Below, in pieces: positions 7,874 to 17,807 of a DNA stretch of 64,000 nt (its first letter is position 1; the number at the start of each line of letters is the position of its first letter). Position numbers and translations under genes: made by a program. The notes under the pieces were generated by a model. It was not told where the DNA came from, searched no databases, and was given only the letters and a program-made list of their open reading frames with translations. Location of the stretch: NCBI GenBank assembly GCA_022822725.1, contig JAJEAN010000002.1, positions 185,705 to 249,704 of the forward strand, read 5' to 3'. Origin of the DNA: Candidatus Latescibacterota bacterium. GTDB taxonomy: Bacteria; JAAXHH01.

Positions 7874-9838
7874 ATGGAACTGCTGATCATACTCAACGTA
7901 ATCCTGCTCCTCATCCTCATCGGGACCTACCTGTCTCTCTCGGGGCGCGTAAAACACCTCGAGGACACAGTCCGGCGCTATTTCAGGGATTCAAGAGACC
8001 CGGCTGCGGGGCCCACCCATCCGGCCGAGCGCGTTCCAGGCCAGGCGCGCACCGCACAACCTGTCGCGGATGTTACAGGCCAGGCGCGCACCGCACAACC
8101 TGTCGCGGATGTTACAGGCCGGGGGCGGGCCGGTGACGGGACCAGCCGGCTGTCCCACATGCTCCGTCCCCGCTCCCGCGAGGAATGGGAGACCCTGATC
8201 GGCGGCAAGCTGCTGAATCGCGTGGGCGCGCTCGCCCTCGTCATCGGCGTGGGGTTCTTCCTGAAATACGCCTTCGACAACGACTGGCTTAACGAGACGG
8301 CGCGCGTGGTCCTGGGCGGAGCGGCCGGCCTGCTGCTGCTCGCGGGCGGTCACCGGTTCCACCGCCGCGGCATGTCCGTATTCGCGCAGGGCGTGACCGG
8401 GGCGGGCGTGGGCATCCTCTACCTTTCGATTTACGCTGCCTACGATTTCTACCACCTGGTTCCGCAACCCGCCGCCTTTCTGCTGATGGCCGTGGTGACG
8501 GCCGCGGCCCTGCTGCTTTCCCTGCACTACGACGCGCGGGCCATTGCCCTGCTCGGATGGGCCGGTGGATTCCTGACGCCGTTCCTGCTCGTCACCGCCC
8601 AGTTGAACACCTGGGGCCTCTTCGTCTACATCACCCTGCTCGACGCGGGCCTGATCGCGGTCATGCTCAGCCGGCGCCACTGGAGAGTACTCGAACCACT
8701 GGGCATCGTCGCGACCTACGCCACGTACCTGGCCTGGTCGTTCCGGGCGGACCTGCCCGATGGTTTCGGAACGGCCCTGGCCTTCCTGGTACTGTGGTGG
8801 GGGCTGTTCGCCTGGCTTGGTCTCTACCGGTCCACGACCGGCGACACGGGAAAGCGCCGGTGGCTATGGATCGCGGTAACGCTCAACGCGGCTGGTTTCT
8901 ACGTGATGCTCATGCGCCTTTCGCGCCACACAGAAGGCATCTGGGACTTCATCGGAATCCAGACTGTAGACGCGCAGAACTACCTGGCCTATTCGGAAGG
9001 AATCGCCACAGTCATCCTGTCATTGGCCTACTTCGCACTGACTGCCCGGATCACACGCAATACAGGGAACAGGTCCGCGGCCAGCGGGCATGCGACCGCG
9101 GCCGGCATACGTGCGACCGCAACCAGCGTGCACGCGACCGTGGCCATATTGCTGGCGATCAGGGCCCCGCTGAGCTTTTTCACGCCTTTCGTGACGGTCA
9201 TCATCTGGGCCGTCGAAGCCCTGTTGCTTTTCGGGTTCGGCGCATATCGCGGAATCCGCGCCGTCCGACACGCCGGGACCGCCCTGCTGGCGCTTTCTTT
9301 CGTCGGGATCTTTCTCTTTGGCGGCACCTACGTATCTACCCTGGTTTCCGGATATATGCCGGTATTCTCGGCGCGCACCGCCGCGTACTGGGTCGTGGGC
9401 GGGTCGCTGCTTGCATGCGCCGGCATGCTGCGGGACCATACCGGATCGGTGAGCGACCGAAGGCATTACACGGTCTTCCACCTGGCCTGGACCTTCCTCC
9501 TCCTGGTCTGGGGCACGGTGGAAGTCCTCAACTACTTTCAATATCTGGCCGTCACGGCTGTAGGTGGCTCGCCGGAGCAGTTGCAGAACCTGCGGCAACT
9601 CGCCGTATCGGGCACATGGCTCTTCGGTGCGGCACTGGTCATGACGCTGGGGCGCTGGCAGGACATCCCCGCCCTGCGCGCGGCGGCCATCGTCTACCTC
9701 GGCTGCACCGTGGTGAAGGTATTCGTCTTCGACCTCATGTTCCTGGACACCCTCTACCGTATCGCCGCTTTCCTCGGCCTGAGCGCCATACTCATCGCCG
9801 TCTCCTACCTCTACTACCGGAACCGGCCGGCTTCCTGA
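7874..9838 (+). CDS. DUF2339 family multi-pass membrane protein
   Basis: WETLIGGKLLNRVGALALVIGVGFFLKYAFDN and KVFVFDL...YRIAAFLGL signatures. Confidence 0.88.
   Translation: MELLIILNVILLLILIGTYLSLSGRVKHLEDTVRRYFRDSRDPAAGPTHPAERVPGQARTAQPVADVTGQARTAQPVADVTGRGRAGDGTSRLSHMLRPRSREEWETLIGGKLLNRVGALALVIGVGFFLKYAFDNDWLNETARVVLGGAAGLLLLAGGHRFHRRGMSVFAQGVTGAGVGILYLSIYAAYDFYHLVPQPAAFLLMAVVTAAALLLSLHYDARAIALLGWAGGFLTPFLLVTAQLNTWGLFVYITLLDAGLIAVMLSRRHWRVLEPLGIVATYATYLAWSFRADLPDGFGTALAFLVLWWGLFAWLGLYRSTTGDTGKRRWLWIAVTLNAAGFYVMLMRLSRHTEGIWDFIGIQTVDAQNYLAYSEGIATVILSLAYFALTARITRNTGNRSAASGHATAAGIRATATSVHATVAILLAIRAPLSFFTPFVTVIIWAVEALLLFGFGAYRGIRAVRHAGTALLALSFVGIFLFGGTYVSTLVSGYMPVFSARTAAYWVVGGSLLACAGMLRDHTGSVSDRRHYTVFHLAWTFLLLVWGTVEVLNYFQYLAVTAVGGSPEQLQNLRQLAVSGTWLFGAALVMTLGRWQDIPALRAAAIVYLGCTVVKVFVFDLMFLDTLYRIAAFLGLSAILIAVSYLYYRNRPAS
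8037..8120. repeat. Perfect 39-bp in-frame duplication in the DUF2339 linker
   Basis: GQARTAQPVADVT x2. Confidence 0.95.
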
Positions 9839-9859
9839 CCGGTATGCCTTCCTGAATTG

Positions 9860-9924
9860 ATCGTCCCAGCCTGAATCGATCATCCCGGTTGATTCTATCG
9901 TCCCAGCCTGAATCGATCATCCCG
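9860..9924. repeat. Direct repeat (37-bp period) just downstream of the DUF2339 stop
   Basis: atcgtcccagcctgaatcgatcatcccg x2. Confidence 0.9.
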
Positions 9925-10031
9925 ATTAAAAAAACGTGCGAGAGGTTTCAAAAGACCTCCGACTATTTCAATAGACCCTATCGAATTAGTCCATTCACAT
10001 GCGCATCCATTTTTTTTCCGGGAGGTAAATC

Positions 10032-10925
10032 ATGGGAGACGACAAGGTAAAGGAATCGCCGGCTGAGGTGTTCACCACGGTGACGGAGGTGAACGCACTC
10101 TTCCATTCACTGGAGGACATGTTGGCAACTCGATTCGAGGCGATCGATGGCAAGTTTGGGGTCCTCGAGAAAAACCTGGCCGAAATGGACGCCAGGAACG
10201 AAAGACGATTCGAGGCGATCGATGGCAAGTTTGGGGTCCTCGAGAAAAACCTGGCCGAAATGGACGCCAGGAACGAAAGACGATTCGAGGCGATCGATGG
10301 CAGGTTTGGGGTCCTCGAGAAAAACCTGGCCGAAATGGACGCCAGGAACGAAAGACGATTCGAGGCGATTGATGGCAAGTTTGGGGTCCTCGAGAAAAAC
10401 CTGGCCGAAATGGACGCCAGGAACGAAAGACGATTCGAGGCGATCGATGGCAGGTTTGGGATCCTCGAGAAAAACCTGGCCGAAATGGACGCCAGGAACG
10501 AAAGACGATTCGAGGCGATCGATGGCAGGTTTGGGGTCCTCGAGAAAAACCTGGCCGAAATGGACGCCAGGAACGAAAGACGATTCGAGGCGATCGATGG
10601 CAAGTTTGGGGTCCTCGAAGAAAAGCTGGCCGAGATGGACGCCAGGAACGAAAGACGATTCGAGGCGATCGATGGCAGGTTTGGGGTCCTCGAAGAAAAG
10701 CTGGCCGAGACGGACGCCAGGAACAGGGTTCAGTTCGCAGCATTAGAGACAATGATTGTGGAGCTGGATACCAAAACCGAGGGGAGATTCGATCTGGTTG
10801 AGCAGAAATTCAAATCTCAGGAATTCAAGATCGAGCATTGCGTGACGTCATCGGCCAACAAACAGTTGATTATGATGCTCGTGATAGCCGGGTCGATCAT
10901 CGCCAGCCTGCTCTACGTCGGCTAG
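10032..10925 (+). CDS. Coiled-coil protein with eight 25-aa repeats and a C-terminal TM anchor (DUF1640/CCDC90-like architecture)
   Basis: GGAGG RBS; RFEAIDGKFGVLEKNLAEMDARNER x8; hydrophobic C-terminus. Confidence 0.85.
   Translation: MGDDKVKESPAEVFTTVTEVNALFHSLEDMLATRFEAIDGKFGVLEKNLAEMDARNERRFEAIDGKFGVLEKNLAEMDARNERRFEAIDGRFGVLEKNLAEMDARNERRFEAIDGKFGVLEKNLAEMDARNERRFEAIDGRFGILEKNLAEMDARNERRFEAIDGRFGVLEKNLAEMDARNERRFEAIDGKFGVLEEKLAEMDARNERRFEAIDGRFGVLEEKLAETDARNRVQFAALETMIVELDTKTEGRFDLVEQKFKSQEFKIEHCVTSSANKQLIMMLVIAGSIIASLLYVG
10131..10730. repeat. 75-bp coding tandem repeat x8
   Basis: Near-identical units differing by a few SNPs. Confidence 0.98.
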
Positions 10926-10962
10926 TCCTTGCCGATTGATCCATGGACGGCCTGGACGATGT

Positions 10963-12831
10963 CTATCCGGTCTCCTCGCGCGAGGTGGCCTGCAGGGCGA
11001 ACTCCGTAAGTTCAACCGTCATGGGATAACGGTTGAAGGGCGTGATCAGGTAGAGGCCGTTGAAGTGCGTCAGGACGGATTCGATGAGTTCCCGCGCGAT
11101 GGCGACGCCCTCTCGGCGGGCCTTGCGTCCACGGCCTGCACGGGCCATGCGCGCGCGTACGTCGTCGGGCACGACGAATCCCGGCACCTCGTTGTGAAGG
11201 AATTCGGTATTCCCTTCGCTGACCAGGGGCATGACGCCCGGGAATATGGGGACGCCGGCATCCCGCGTCGCCGCGTGGAGCGCACGGGCCTGGCACGGGT
11301 CGAACAGCGGCTGCGTCATGATCAGGTCGGCGCCGGCTTCGACCTTCCTTTCCAGCCTTCTGATCCTTCGGTCCAGGTTGGGTCCGTTGGGGTCGAAGGC
11401 CGCGGCCACGGTAAACGCCGTCCTTCCGTTCAGGGTGCGGCCCGAAAAACCCACGCCCTCGTTCATCTGCTTGATCAGCCGGATCAGTTCGAAGGACGAG
11501 ACGTCGTAGACATTACTCGCCCCCGGCTGATCGCCGAATTTCACGGGATCGCCCGTGACGGCGAGGACGTGGTCGATACCCAGGGCGTGCAGCCCCAGCA
11601 CCTGGGACTGCAGGCTGGCCAGGTTCCGGTCGCGGCAGGTGATGTGCAACAGCGGCCTGACGCCGGCCTCCTCCTTGACGATCTGCCCCACGGCCATGTT
11701 GCTGATCCGCGTGACGGCGAGGGAATTATCGGCCATGGTGAGGGCGTCGGTGCCCGCCTTCTTGAGGGCTTTGGCGCCGCGGACCATGGGACCGTGATCC
11801 AGGTCCCGGGGCGGATCGAGTTCGACGATGACGGTCACCCGCTTCCTGACCAGGTCCACGATCGACGGTTCTGCCGCCGGGGGAGCGGGAGCGGGACGGT
11901 CGGGCCGGGCAGGACGCGCCGGGACCCGGACTTCAATCGGAAGGACCTTCTTGCGCGTGACGATCGTTTGGCCTTCCAGCGCCCGGGACATGGCTTGCAC
12001 GTGCTCGGGCATGGTGCCGCAGCACCCGCCGATCAACCGCACGCCCTGTTCGCGCAGCCGGAGTGCGCTCGCCGCGAAGTATTCCGGCGTCGCCTCGTAG
12101 ATGAACCGGCCGTCCACGTAGACGGGGGAACCGGCATTCGGAAAGGCGGAAAGCACCAGACCCTCCGACAGGGGAACCGGCGCCAGGGCGTCCAGCAGGC
12201 CCTTGGGACCGCTGCGGCAGTTGACCCCCACCACGTCGGCGCCGGCCGCGCGCAACTGGTCGAAGGCCTCCACGACCTCGGCCCCGTCGTCCGTCTGTCC
12301 GTACTGGTCCACGGCGAGCTGGCAGATCGCAGGCAGGCTGCATACCTCCTTGCAGGCCGCCAGCGCCCTCTTCAGCTCATCGAGCCGGAGAAAGGTCTCC
12401 AGGATGATTGCGTCCGCGCCGCTGCCGGCAAGGGCGGCGATCTGTTCAGAATGCACCCGTACCTGGTCCGCTTCGGTGTATTCCTGGTGGGGCAGACCCC
12501 GGGCCGGGCCGACGGCGCCGGCCACGTAGGCCCGGTTGCCCACGGCCTGCCGCGCGACTTCGACACCCCGGGCGTTCAACGACTCGACCTGGTCTTCCAG
12601 GTTGTACTTCGACAGGGACAGGGCATTGGCCCCGAACGTATTGGTTTCGATCAACCGGGCCCCCGCGTCCACGTATTCCTCGTGGATCTGCCGGATCAGA
12701 TCGGGCCGGCTCAGATTGATTCCGTCGAAACAGACATCCATGGGCACGCCGCGGGCGTGCAGCATGGTTCCGAGCGCGCCGTCCGCCACCAGCAGGGAGG
12801 AACGGAGATGGTCGAGGAGGGATGTGTTCAT
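10963..12831 (-). CDS. yitJ: Bifunctional homocysteine S-methyltransferase / methylenetetrahydrofolate reductase
   Basis: DGALGT, TNTFGAN, GGCCGT, then VELDPP and HITCRDRN. Confidence 0.93.
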   Translation of the reverse strand: MNTSLLDHLRSSLLVADGALGTMLHARGVPMDVCFDGINLSRPDLIRQIHEEYVDAGARLIETNTFGANALSLSKYNLEDQVESLNARGVEVARQAVGNRAYVAGAVGPARGLPHQEYTEADQVRVHSEQIAALAGSGADAIILETFLRLDELKRALAACKEVCSLPAICQLAVDQYGQTDDGAEVVEAFDQLRAAGADVVGVNCRSGPKGLLDALAPVPLSEGLVLSAFPNAGSPVYVDGRFIYEATPEYFAASALRLREQGVRLIGGCCGTMPEHVQAMSRALEGQTIVTRKKVLPIEVRVPARPARPDRPAPAPPAAEPSIVDLVRKRVTVIVELDPPRDLDHGPMVRGAKALKKAGTDALTMADNSLAVTRISNMAVGQIVKEEAGVRPLLHITCRDRNLASLQSQVLGLHALGIDHVLAVTGDPVKFGDQPGASNVYDVSSFELIRLIKQMNEGVGFSGRTLNGRTAFTVAAAFDPNGPNLDRRIRRLERKVEAGADLIMTQPLFDPCQARALHAATRDAGVPIFPGVMPLVSEGNTEFLHNEVPGFVVPDDVRARMARAGRGRKARREGVAIARELIESVLTHFNGLYLITPFNRYPMTVELTEFALQATSREETG

Positions 12832-12892
12832 GGGTGGGAACCCGTTGGCGCTGCAAAGTGTCTGACGTTCGGCACGTATCCAGGCGCCTTGT

Positions 12893-13801
12893 TCAACGGC
12901 CGTTCTTCAACGCGTATCGACGAATCGCCCAGGCAAAGCCGTTCTCGTGGTTCGGCGGGGCGATGACCAGGCCCTGTGCCCGGCCCGCATCCTTGACCGC
13001 GTCCTGGGCGTTTTCCATGATCACGCCCAGCCCCGCGTTGAACAGCATGGGCAGATCGTTGTCGCCGTCCCCGACGGCCATCACGTGGTCCATGGATATC
13101 CCGTGCTCGCGTGCGACAAACTCCACGGCGACCTTCTTGTTGACGTCGGCGTGCATGGCTTCGATCCGGTCCGGATTCGTCTTGACGAGGTAGAGGCGGG
13201 ATGCGAAACGCGCCTTCAATTCCGCCAGGACCGCCTCTCGCCGGTCCAGACCGGGCAATATCAGCATCTTGGGCGGCGGCGGATAGTCGCCCTGTCTCAG
13301 CCTCGCCATGAGTGCGTCGTCCCGGTCGACGGCGGCGCGGCTCTGCTCCTCGATGGACGCGATGGATGCGGTGTATTCGTTGGTGATCACGCTGTCCAGG
13401 GGACCGTTCTCCGTCACGCGCAGCCAGCTGTATACGAAGTTGAAGCCGTTTTCTTCGATAAAATCGAGCAGGTCCAGGAAGACGTCCCGCTGAATGCGCT
13501 TTTCGAATAGCAAGGGCCTTTGCCCCTGCCGGACCGGACCGAGTATGATTCCGCCGTTGTTGGCAATGACGTAGAGCCGGTCGAACAGCGGACGCGCATC
13601 GGTGAAGGGCTCGCAGCTTCGGTCGATGTTGCGGCCGCTCACGGAGCTCACGACCAATCCCTGTTCGAGGGCGGCTTCGATGGCGCTCAGCCCCTCGGGC
13701 GAGGGCCTGCCGTCGGGCAACAGCGCCGTGTCGTCCTGGTCGAAGGCGATCAGCCTGATTTCAGCGGTCTTGTCGCCGGTTATCGGTACTTCGGCGTTCA
13801 T
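12893..13801 (-). CDS. Cof-type HAD-IIB hydrolase
   Basis: AFDQDDT, SGR and GDGDNDLPM motifs; start may be 13837. Confidence 0.88.
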   Translation of the reverse strand: MNAEVPITGDKTAEIRLIAFDQDDTALLPDGRPSPEGLSAIEAALEQGLVVSSVSGRNIDRSCEPFTDARPLFDRLYVIANNGGIILGPVRQGQRPLLFEKRIQRDVFLDLLDFIEENGFNFVYSWLRVTENGPLDSVITNEYTASIASIEEQSRAAVDRDDALMARLRQGDYPPPPKMLILPGLDRREAVLAELKARFASRLYLVKTNPDRIEAMHADVNKKVAVEFVAREHGISMDHVMAVGDGDNDLPMLFNAGLGVIMENAQDAVKDAGRAQGLVIAPPNHENGFAWAIRRYALKNGR

Positions 13802-13820
13802 GGCGTTCCTTTCCGAACCT

Positions 13821-15521
13821 TCAGGTTTCTGCTTCACAATCCTTCAGCCGCTTTCCAAGACGCCCGCCGGGATGATACCGGGCGAACTCTTCCCGGGTAA
13901 ATCCGCGGCCGGCCTTCAGGGCCATAGCGAGCCCGTCGGCCACGGCGAGCTGACAGGACGTGCTCGCCGTCGGCGCGAGTCCGAGGGGGCCGGCCTCTTC
14001 CGCCACGGGCACGTGCAGGACCGCCGCGCCGGACCGGGCAAGGCTGGATTCAGGGTCCCCCGTGACCGCGATGATCGTCGCGCCGTTCGCGGCGAGGGTC
14101 CGCACGGCGGCCATCAGTTCCTCCGTCTCCCCGCTGTGGGAAAGGGCGATGACCGCGTCCCCTTGCGCCACCTGGCCGCTGTCGCCGTGGTTGCAGTCGG
14201 CCGGATCGAGGAAATACGCCTTCGTGCCGGTACTCTGCAGCGTGGCCGCCAGCTTGCGGCCGATATGACGGGATTTCCCAACGCCGGTGACGTGTACGCG
14301 CCCGCCGGCGGCTTCCGACTTCCGGATGATTGCGATGGCTTCGTCGAAGTAGGCGCCGGACAAGCCTTCATGCAGCGTGGAAAGCGCTTCGGCGGTCCGC
14401 TGCACCGCCAATAATCCAGCCGCGCCGGGGGATGCAGCGCCGCCATCTGTCCCGGCGGACTCGGCCGTTTCGACGTGCACCGTTGCCGATTGCGAGGCCG
14501 CCACGGATTCGGGTGCGTTACGGGCAGGGATCCGAGCGCCTTCGTACAGTGCCATCACGTCGTCGCGGCTCGATCCGAGTTGCGGGAATGCCCCCGGGAT
14601 GCGGCAACACACGGCGCCGCAGGCATTGGCGAGCGATGCGGTATCCCGCAAAGAAAGCCCGTGGAAGACGCCCGCGATCAGTCCGCCCAGGAAAGCATCC
14701 CCGGCGCCGGTGGTGTCCCGGGCTTCCACGGGCTTCGCCGGCACGCGGATCGTCTGCTTCCCGTCGGTGACGACTGAGCCCTGCGCCCCTTCGGTGATGG
14801 CCACCAGACGGGCGCCGTACCGGCTGAAAATCCTGTCGGCCCGTTCTTCGGAAGTGTCGGCTGCCGTTATTTGCAGGGCGGCGGCCTTGGCGGGTTTCAA
14901 GATGTCGGCGAGTCGGAGGGCTTCCTCGAAATCTTCTGCGGATCCGAGTCCGGCCACCTCGATGGCGAAATCAGGCGGGACGTCCACGTCCAGCACGGTG
15001 GGTACGCCGGCCTCGCGGGCAATGCGCAGTACCGCGATGACGGCGTCCAGCGGGAGTTGGGATATCTCCGTCGTCACCATGGCGGCCGAACGGATATAGT
15101 CGGCGAAATGCGTCTCCACGTGCACAGCCGTGGTTTCCGCCGTCAGGGCGCGGGCCATGTAGATCGCCCGGTCCGCGTCTTCGGCCACGTTCACCACCGA
15201 AAAGCCCGAAGCGCGGCCCTCCACGACCCGAATCGCCGACCGGTCAATACCGTGGCGGTCCATCTCTTCCCGGATCATCGCGCCGTACCGGTCGTCTCCC
15301 TGGAATCCGAAGAGCCCGGCGGGGACCCCCATCCGGGCCGTCCAGGCCAGGTGGTTCAACGTCACCCCTCCCGCAATCTCGGTGACGACCGAGCCCGCAT
15401 CATCGGGCAGGATATAGGTTTTCTCCTCCGGTCCCGCGATCCGGTTCACCCGGTAGATCACGTCCACGACGTTGCTTCCGATGCCCACTACCCTGCGTGT
15501 GCGGTCGATATCCTGGATCAC
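13821..15521 (-). CDS. PfkB-family sugar kinase fused to a KpsF/GutQ (KdsD-like) SIS isomerase lacking CBS domains
   Basis: N-half DTTGAGDAF; C-half GVGKSRHIG, HGDSG, SHSGETEE, LAPTAST and FARYHPGG. Confidence 0.88.
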   Translation of the reverse strand: MIQDIDRTRRVVGIGSNVVDVIYRVNRIAGPEEKTYILPDDAGSVVTEIAGGVTLNHLAWTARMGVPAGLFGFQGDDRYGAMIREEMDRHGIDRSAIRVVEGRASGFSVVNVAEDADRAIYMARALTAETTAVHVETHFADYIRSAAMVTTEISQLPLDAVIAVLRIAREAGVPTVLDVDVPPDFAIEVAGLGSAEDFEEALRLADILKPAKAAALQITAADTSEERADRIFSRYGARLVAITEGAQGSVVTDGKQTIRVPAKPVEARDTTGAGDAFLGGLIAGVFHGLSLRDTASLANACGAVCCRIPGAFPQLGSSRDDVMALYEGARIPARNAPESVAASQSATVHVETAESAGTDGGAASPGAAGLLAVQRTAEALSTLHEGLSGAYFDEAIAIIRKSEAAGGRVHVTGVGKSRHIGRKLAATLQSTGTKAYFLDPADCNHGDSGQVAQGDAVIALSHSGETEELMAAVRTLAANGATIIAVTGDPESSLARSGAAVLHVPVAEEAGPLGLAPTASTSCQLAVADGLAMALKAGRGFTREEFARYHPGGRLGKRLKDCEAET

Positions 15522-15642
15522 GGATTACCACCTCCGGGGAAACCGTTCGAGCGGCCGGTACCTATTAACCCGCGGAAATGCAGTGTGTCAACATTGATCA
15601 AGGTAATAACCAGCATGTTCTTTCGTTTGGGACGTGCTTTCG

Positions 15643-16170
15643 TTATTTGTGGTCTGTAAAGTCGAGATACATTCGACTGGGTTGGATACCCTTGTTGTTT
15701 TGATACTTCCCACTGTCATAGGTTTCGAAATCGCCATCCAGCGTATGATAGTAAACCTGGCAGATTTCCACATTCGGATAGACCCTGATAGGCCGAACAC
15801 AAAACATCTCCAAAGTCCAATAGCCGGCAAATCCCACATCGCCGAAACCCGCGGTTACGTGTACAAAAAGCCCCAGTCTGCCCACTGAGGACCGTCCCTC
15901 GAGCATGGGTACGTAATTGGTCGTGCTCGTAAATTCCGCGGTCCTGCCAAGATAGAGCGTATGAGGTTGCAGCTCGAACCCGTCTTCCGGTATCTGAATG
16001 GACTGCGTGCGGTGCTTCTTCTTCATATCGAGTACGTCATCCTCGTATTTCAGGAGTTCATTGGCGAGTGAGAGATTATAACTGTTTGGATTAAGCCGGG
16101 CAGGATCGAATGGATCGATCACAATGTCTTTTCCAATGCGCTCGTGAATCTTTTTTCCCGATAGGATCAC
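15643..16170 (-). CDS. dcd: dCTP deaminase
   Basis: LNPNSYNLSL, EGRSSVGRLG, AGFGDVGF and KYQ motifs. Confidence 0.93.
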   Translation of the reverse strand: MILSGKKIHERIGKDIVIDPFDPARLNPNSYNLSLANELLKYEDDVLDMKKKHRTQSIQIPEDGFELQPHTLYLGRTAEFTSTTNYVPMLEGRSSVGRLGLFVHVTAGFGDVGFAGYWTLEMFCVRPIRVYPNVEICQVYYHTLDGDFETYDSGKYQNNKGIQPSRMYLDFTDHK

Positions 16171-16216
16171 TTGTAGTATTCCCTTTCCGGTTGAATCTGA
16201 TTGAGATTGACTGGCC

Positions 16217-17071
16217 TCAGCCGCTGTTCACCAGGACGACGGCGACCAGGGTCAGGCCGATGCCGACGAAGGCCGGTCCACGCACCTGTTCTTTCCAGTA
16301 CAATATAGCCACGAGCGTGGTGATGACAAGGCCGACCGCGCTGACGAAGGGAAAGACGACGGTACCGGGAAGATACGTGAGCGTGAGGACCAGAAGCCAG
16401 GTCCCGCCGACGTTGACCGCACCAAGCAGGACGCTCCAGCGCACTTCCGGCAGGCGCGCCTGGATCGGCTTGTACCGGAGGTAGCATAATCCCATGATCC
16501 CGGATACGGCGAAGAGAGAGAAGAGGTAGAGCGGCATCTGGCTTCCGGGCGCGAGTTCGCTGAAGACCTTCGGGGACAGGTGGCAGAATCCCGTGGTGAT
16601 GAAGAGGGCGCCGACAAGCCAGGCGACGCCGCGCAGGGACAGATCGGCCTGCCTGCCGACCCCGAGCGTCAGGAGCGGGAGGGCGATGCAGACCGTTATG
16701 ATGCCCGCGGTCTGCGTAAGGTTGGGGATCTCATGCCAGATGACGATGGAGCAGAGGATGGGGATCAGGACGGAAAGACGGACGATGGCCAGCGTCACGG
16801 CGACGCCGCCCTGCAGAAGGGCCTGGATCAGAAAGTAGAAAGCGACGAAGTAGAAGAACCCGCTGGCCGCGCCGATCAGCACGGTGGTCCAGTGCCAGGT
16901 CCAACCGGGATCGATGAGCAACAACAGGCCGGAGATTACGGCGCCTGCGCCATAATTGAGACTGCCCACCGCCAGGGCATTGCGCCCGTTCTGGTGGGCA
17001 GATTTCAGGATCAAGCCGAAGCACGACGTTACGACGGTCGCCGTGATCAGCAAAAAAAGTCCGAGCGCCGT
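16217..17071 (-). CDS. EamA/DMT family transporter
   Basis: Ten hydrophobic segments in two EamA halves. Start uncertain (ACG at 17071 or TTG at 17098). Confidence 0.85.
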   Translation of the reverse strand, partial: TALGLFLLITATVVTSCFGLILKSAHQNGRNALAVGSLNYGAGAVISGLLLLIDPGWTWHWTTVLIGAASGFFYFVAFYFLIQALLQGGVAVTLAIVRLSVLIPILCSIVIWHEIPNLTQTAGIITVCIALPLLTLGVGRQADLSLRGVAWLVGALFITTGFCHLSPKVFSELAPGSQMPLYLFSLFAVSGIMGLCYLRYKPIQARLPEVRWSVLLGAVNVGGTWLLVLTLTYLPGTVVFPFVSAVGLVITTLVAILYWKEQVRGPAFVGIGLTLVAVVLVNSG

Positions 17072-17095
17072 GGTCTGCTCTCCGTCCTTAGATAG

Positions 17096-17135
17096 CAAGA
17101 AGCCGGCGAACGGATACCGCCTCGCCGGCTTCTTG
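17096..17135. terminator. Intrinsic terminator-like hairpin after the DUF1326 gene
   Basis: 14-bp stem caagaagccggcga...tcgccggcttcttg. Confidence 0.75.
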
Positions 17136-17159
17136 ATTCATGATCGCCGAGGGTGCCGC

Positions 17160-17807
17160 TTACGGCGTGAAGGCGAAAGTACCCACGTAGGCGCTGCGCT
17201 TGTTCGGGATGCTCCAGGTCGCGATCAGGTCAGATCCGCTGTACGCGTGGGCGGCGGTCTGGACCAGCGCGGCCGACGCGTCCGTGGTAAAGGGATCGTA
17301 CCACACCATCCGGTCGCAGTTGGGCTCGTGGTCGGTCGCCAGCATGGTCCGGGTGGACACGCGCACCTGGCCGTCCACCGTCACGGCGTAGGCGTCCCCG
17401 CCGTCGTGTCGGAAGGAGATCTCCGTGGGCTTAACCGTTTTGACGGTACCGAACAGCTCGCCATACCGGGCGGTGAAAGCGCTCTTCAGGTCCTGGCGCT
17501 GGCCGGGCGTGGCCCGGCTGTCGATCAGCAGCACGGTCTCGCGTGCGTGATGCCCGAGTTGCAGGTTGCCCTTGCCGAGAATGACGGCGACGACGGACAG
17601 ATCGGCCAGCGCGCCTTCACGGATGTGCCAGGCTACCACGGCCTGGTTGGCGTCGCCTCCCGCTTCGGCGGAGTACGTACAGCCGCCACCCAGGATGTGG
17701 TTGGAGCGAACTTCCACGTAATCGCCGGCAATGGACGGTGAGCCGGCCATCGCCGGGGATGCCGCGAGGACGATCGCGGCCATGAGTGCGAAACCGGTCT
17801 TCAACAT
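17160..17807 (-). CDS. Secreted DUF1326-like protein
   Basis: Signal peptide, GDYVEVRS...C and AWHIREG motifs; GGGAGG RBS. Confidence 0.7.
   Translation of the reverse strand: MLKTGFALMAAIVLAASPAMAGSPSIAGDYVEVRSNHILGGGCTYSAEAGGDANQAVVAWHIREGALADLSVVAVILGKGNLQLGHHARETVLLIDSRATPGQRQDLKSAFTARYGELFGTVKTVKPTEISFRHDGGDAYAVTVDGQVRVSTRTMLATDHEPNCDRMVWYDPFTTDASAALVQTAAHAYSGSDLIATWSIPNKRSAYVGTFAFTP

Noticed and set aside
10131-10730. 75-bp array as a CRISPR array
   Set aside because: There are no unique spacers, it lies in frame within a CDS, and no cas genes are present.
12832-12892. SAM riboswitch before yitJ
   Set aside because: The gap is only about 60 bp within an operon and lacks S-box motifs.
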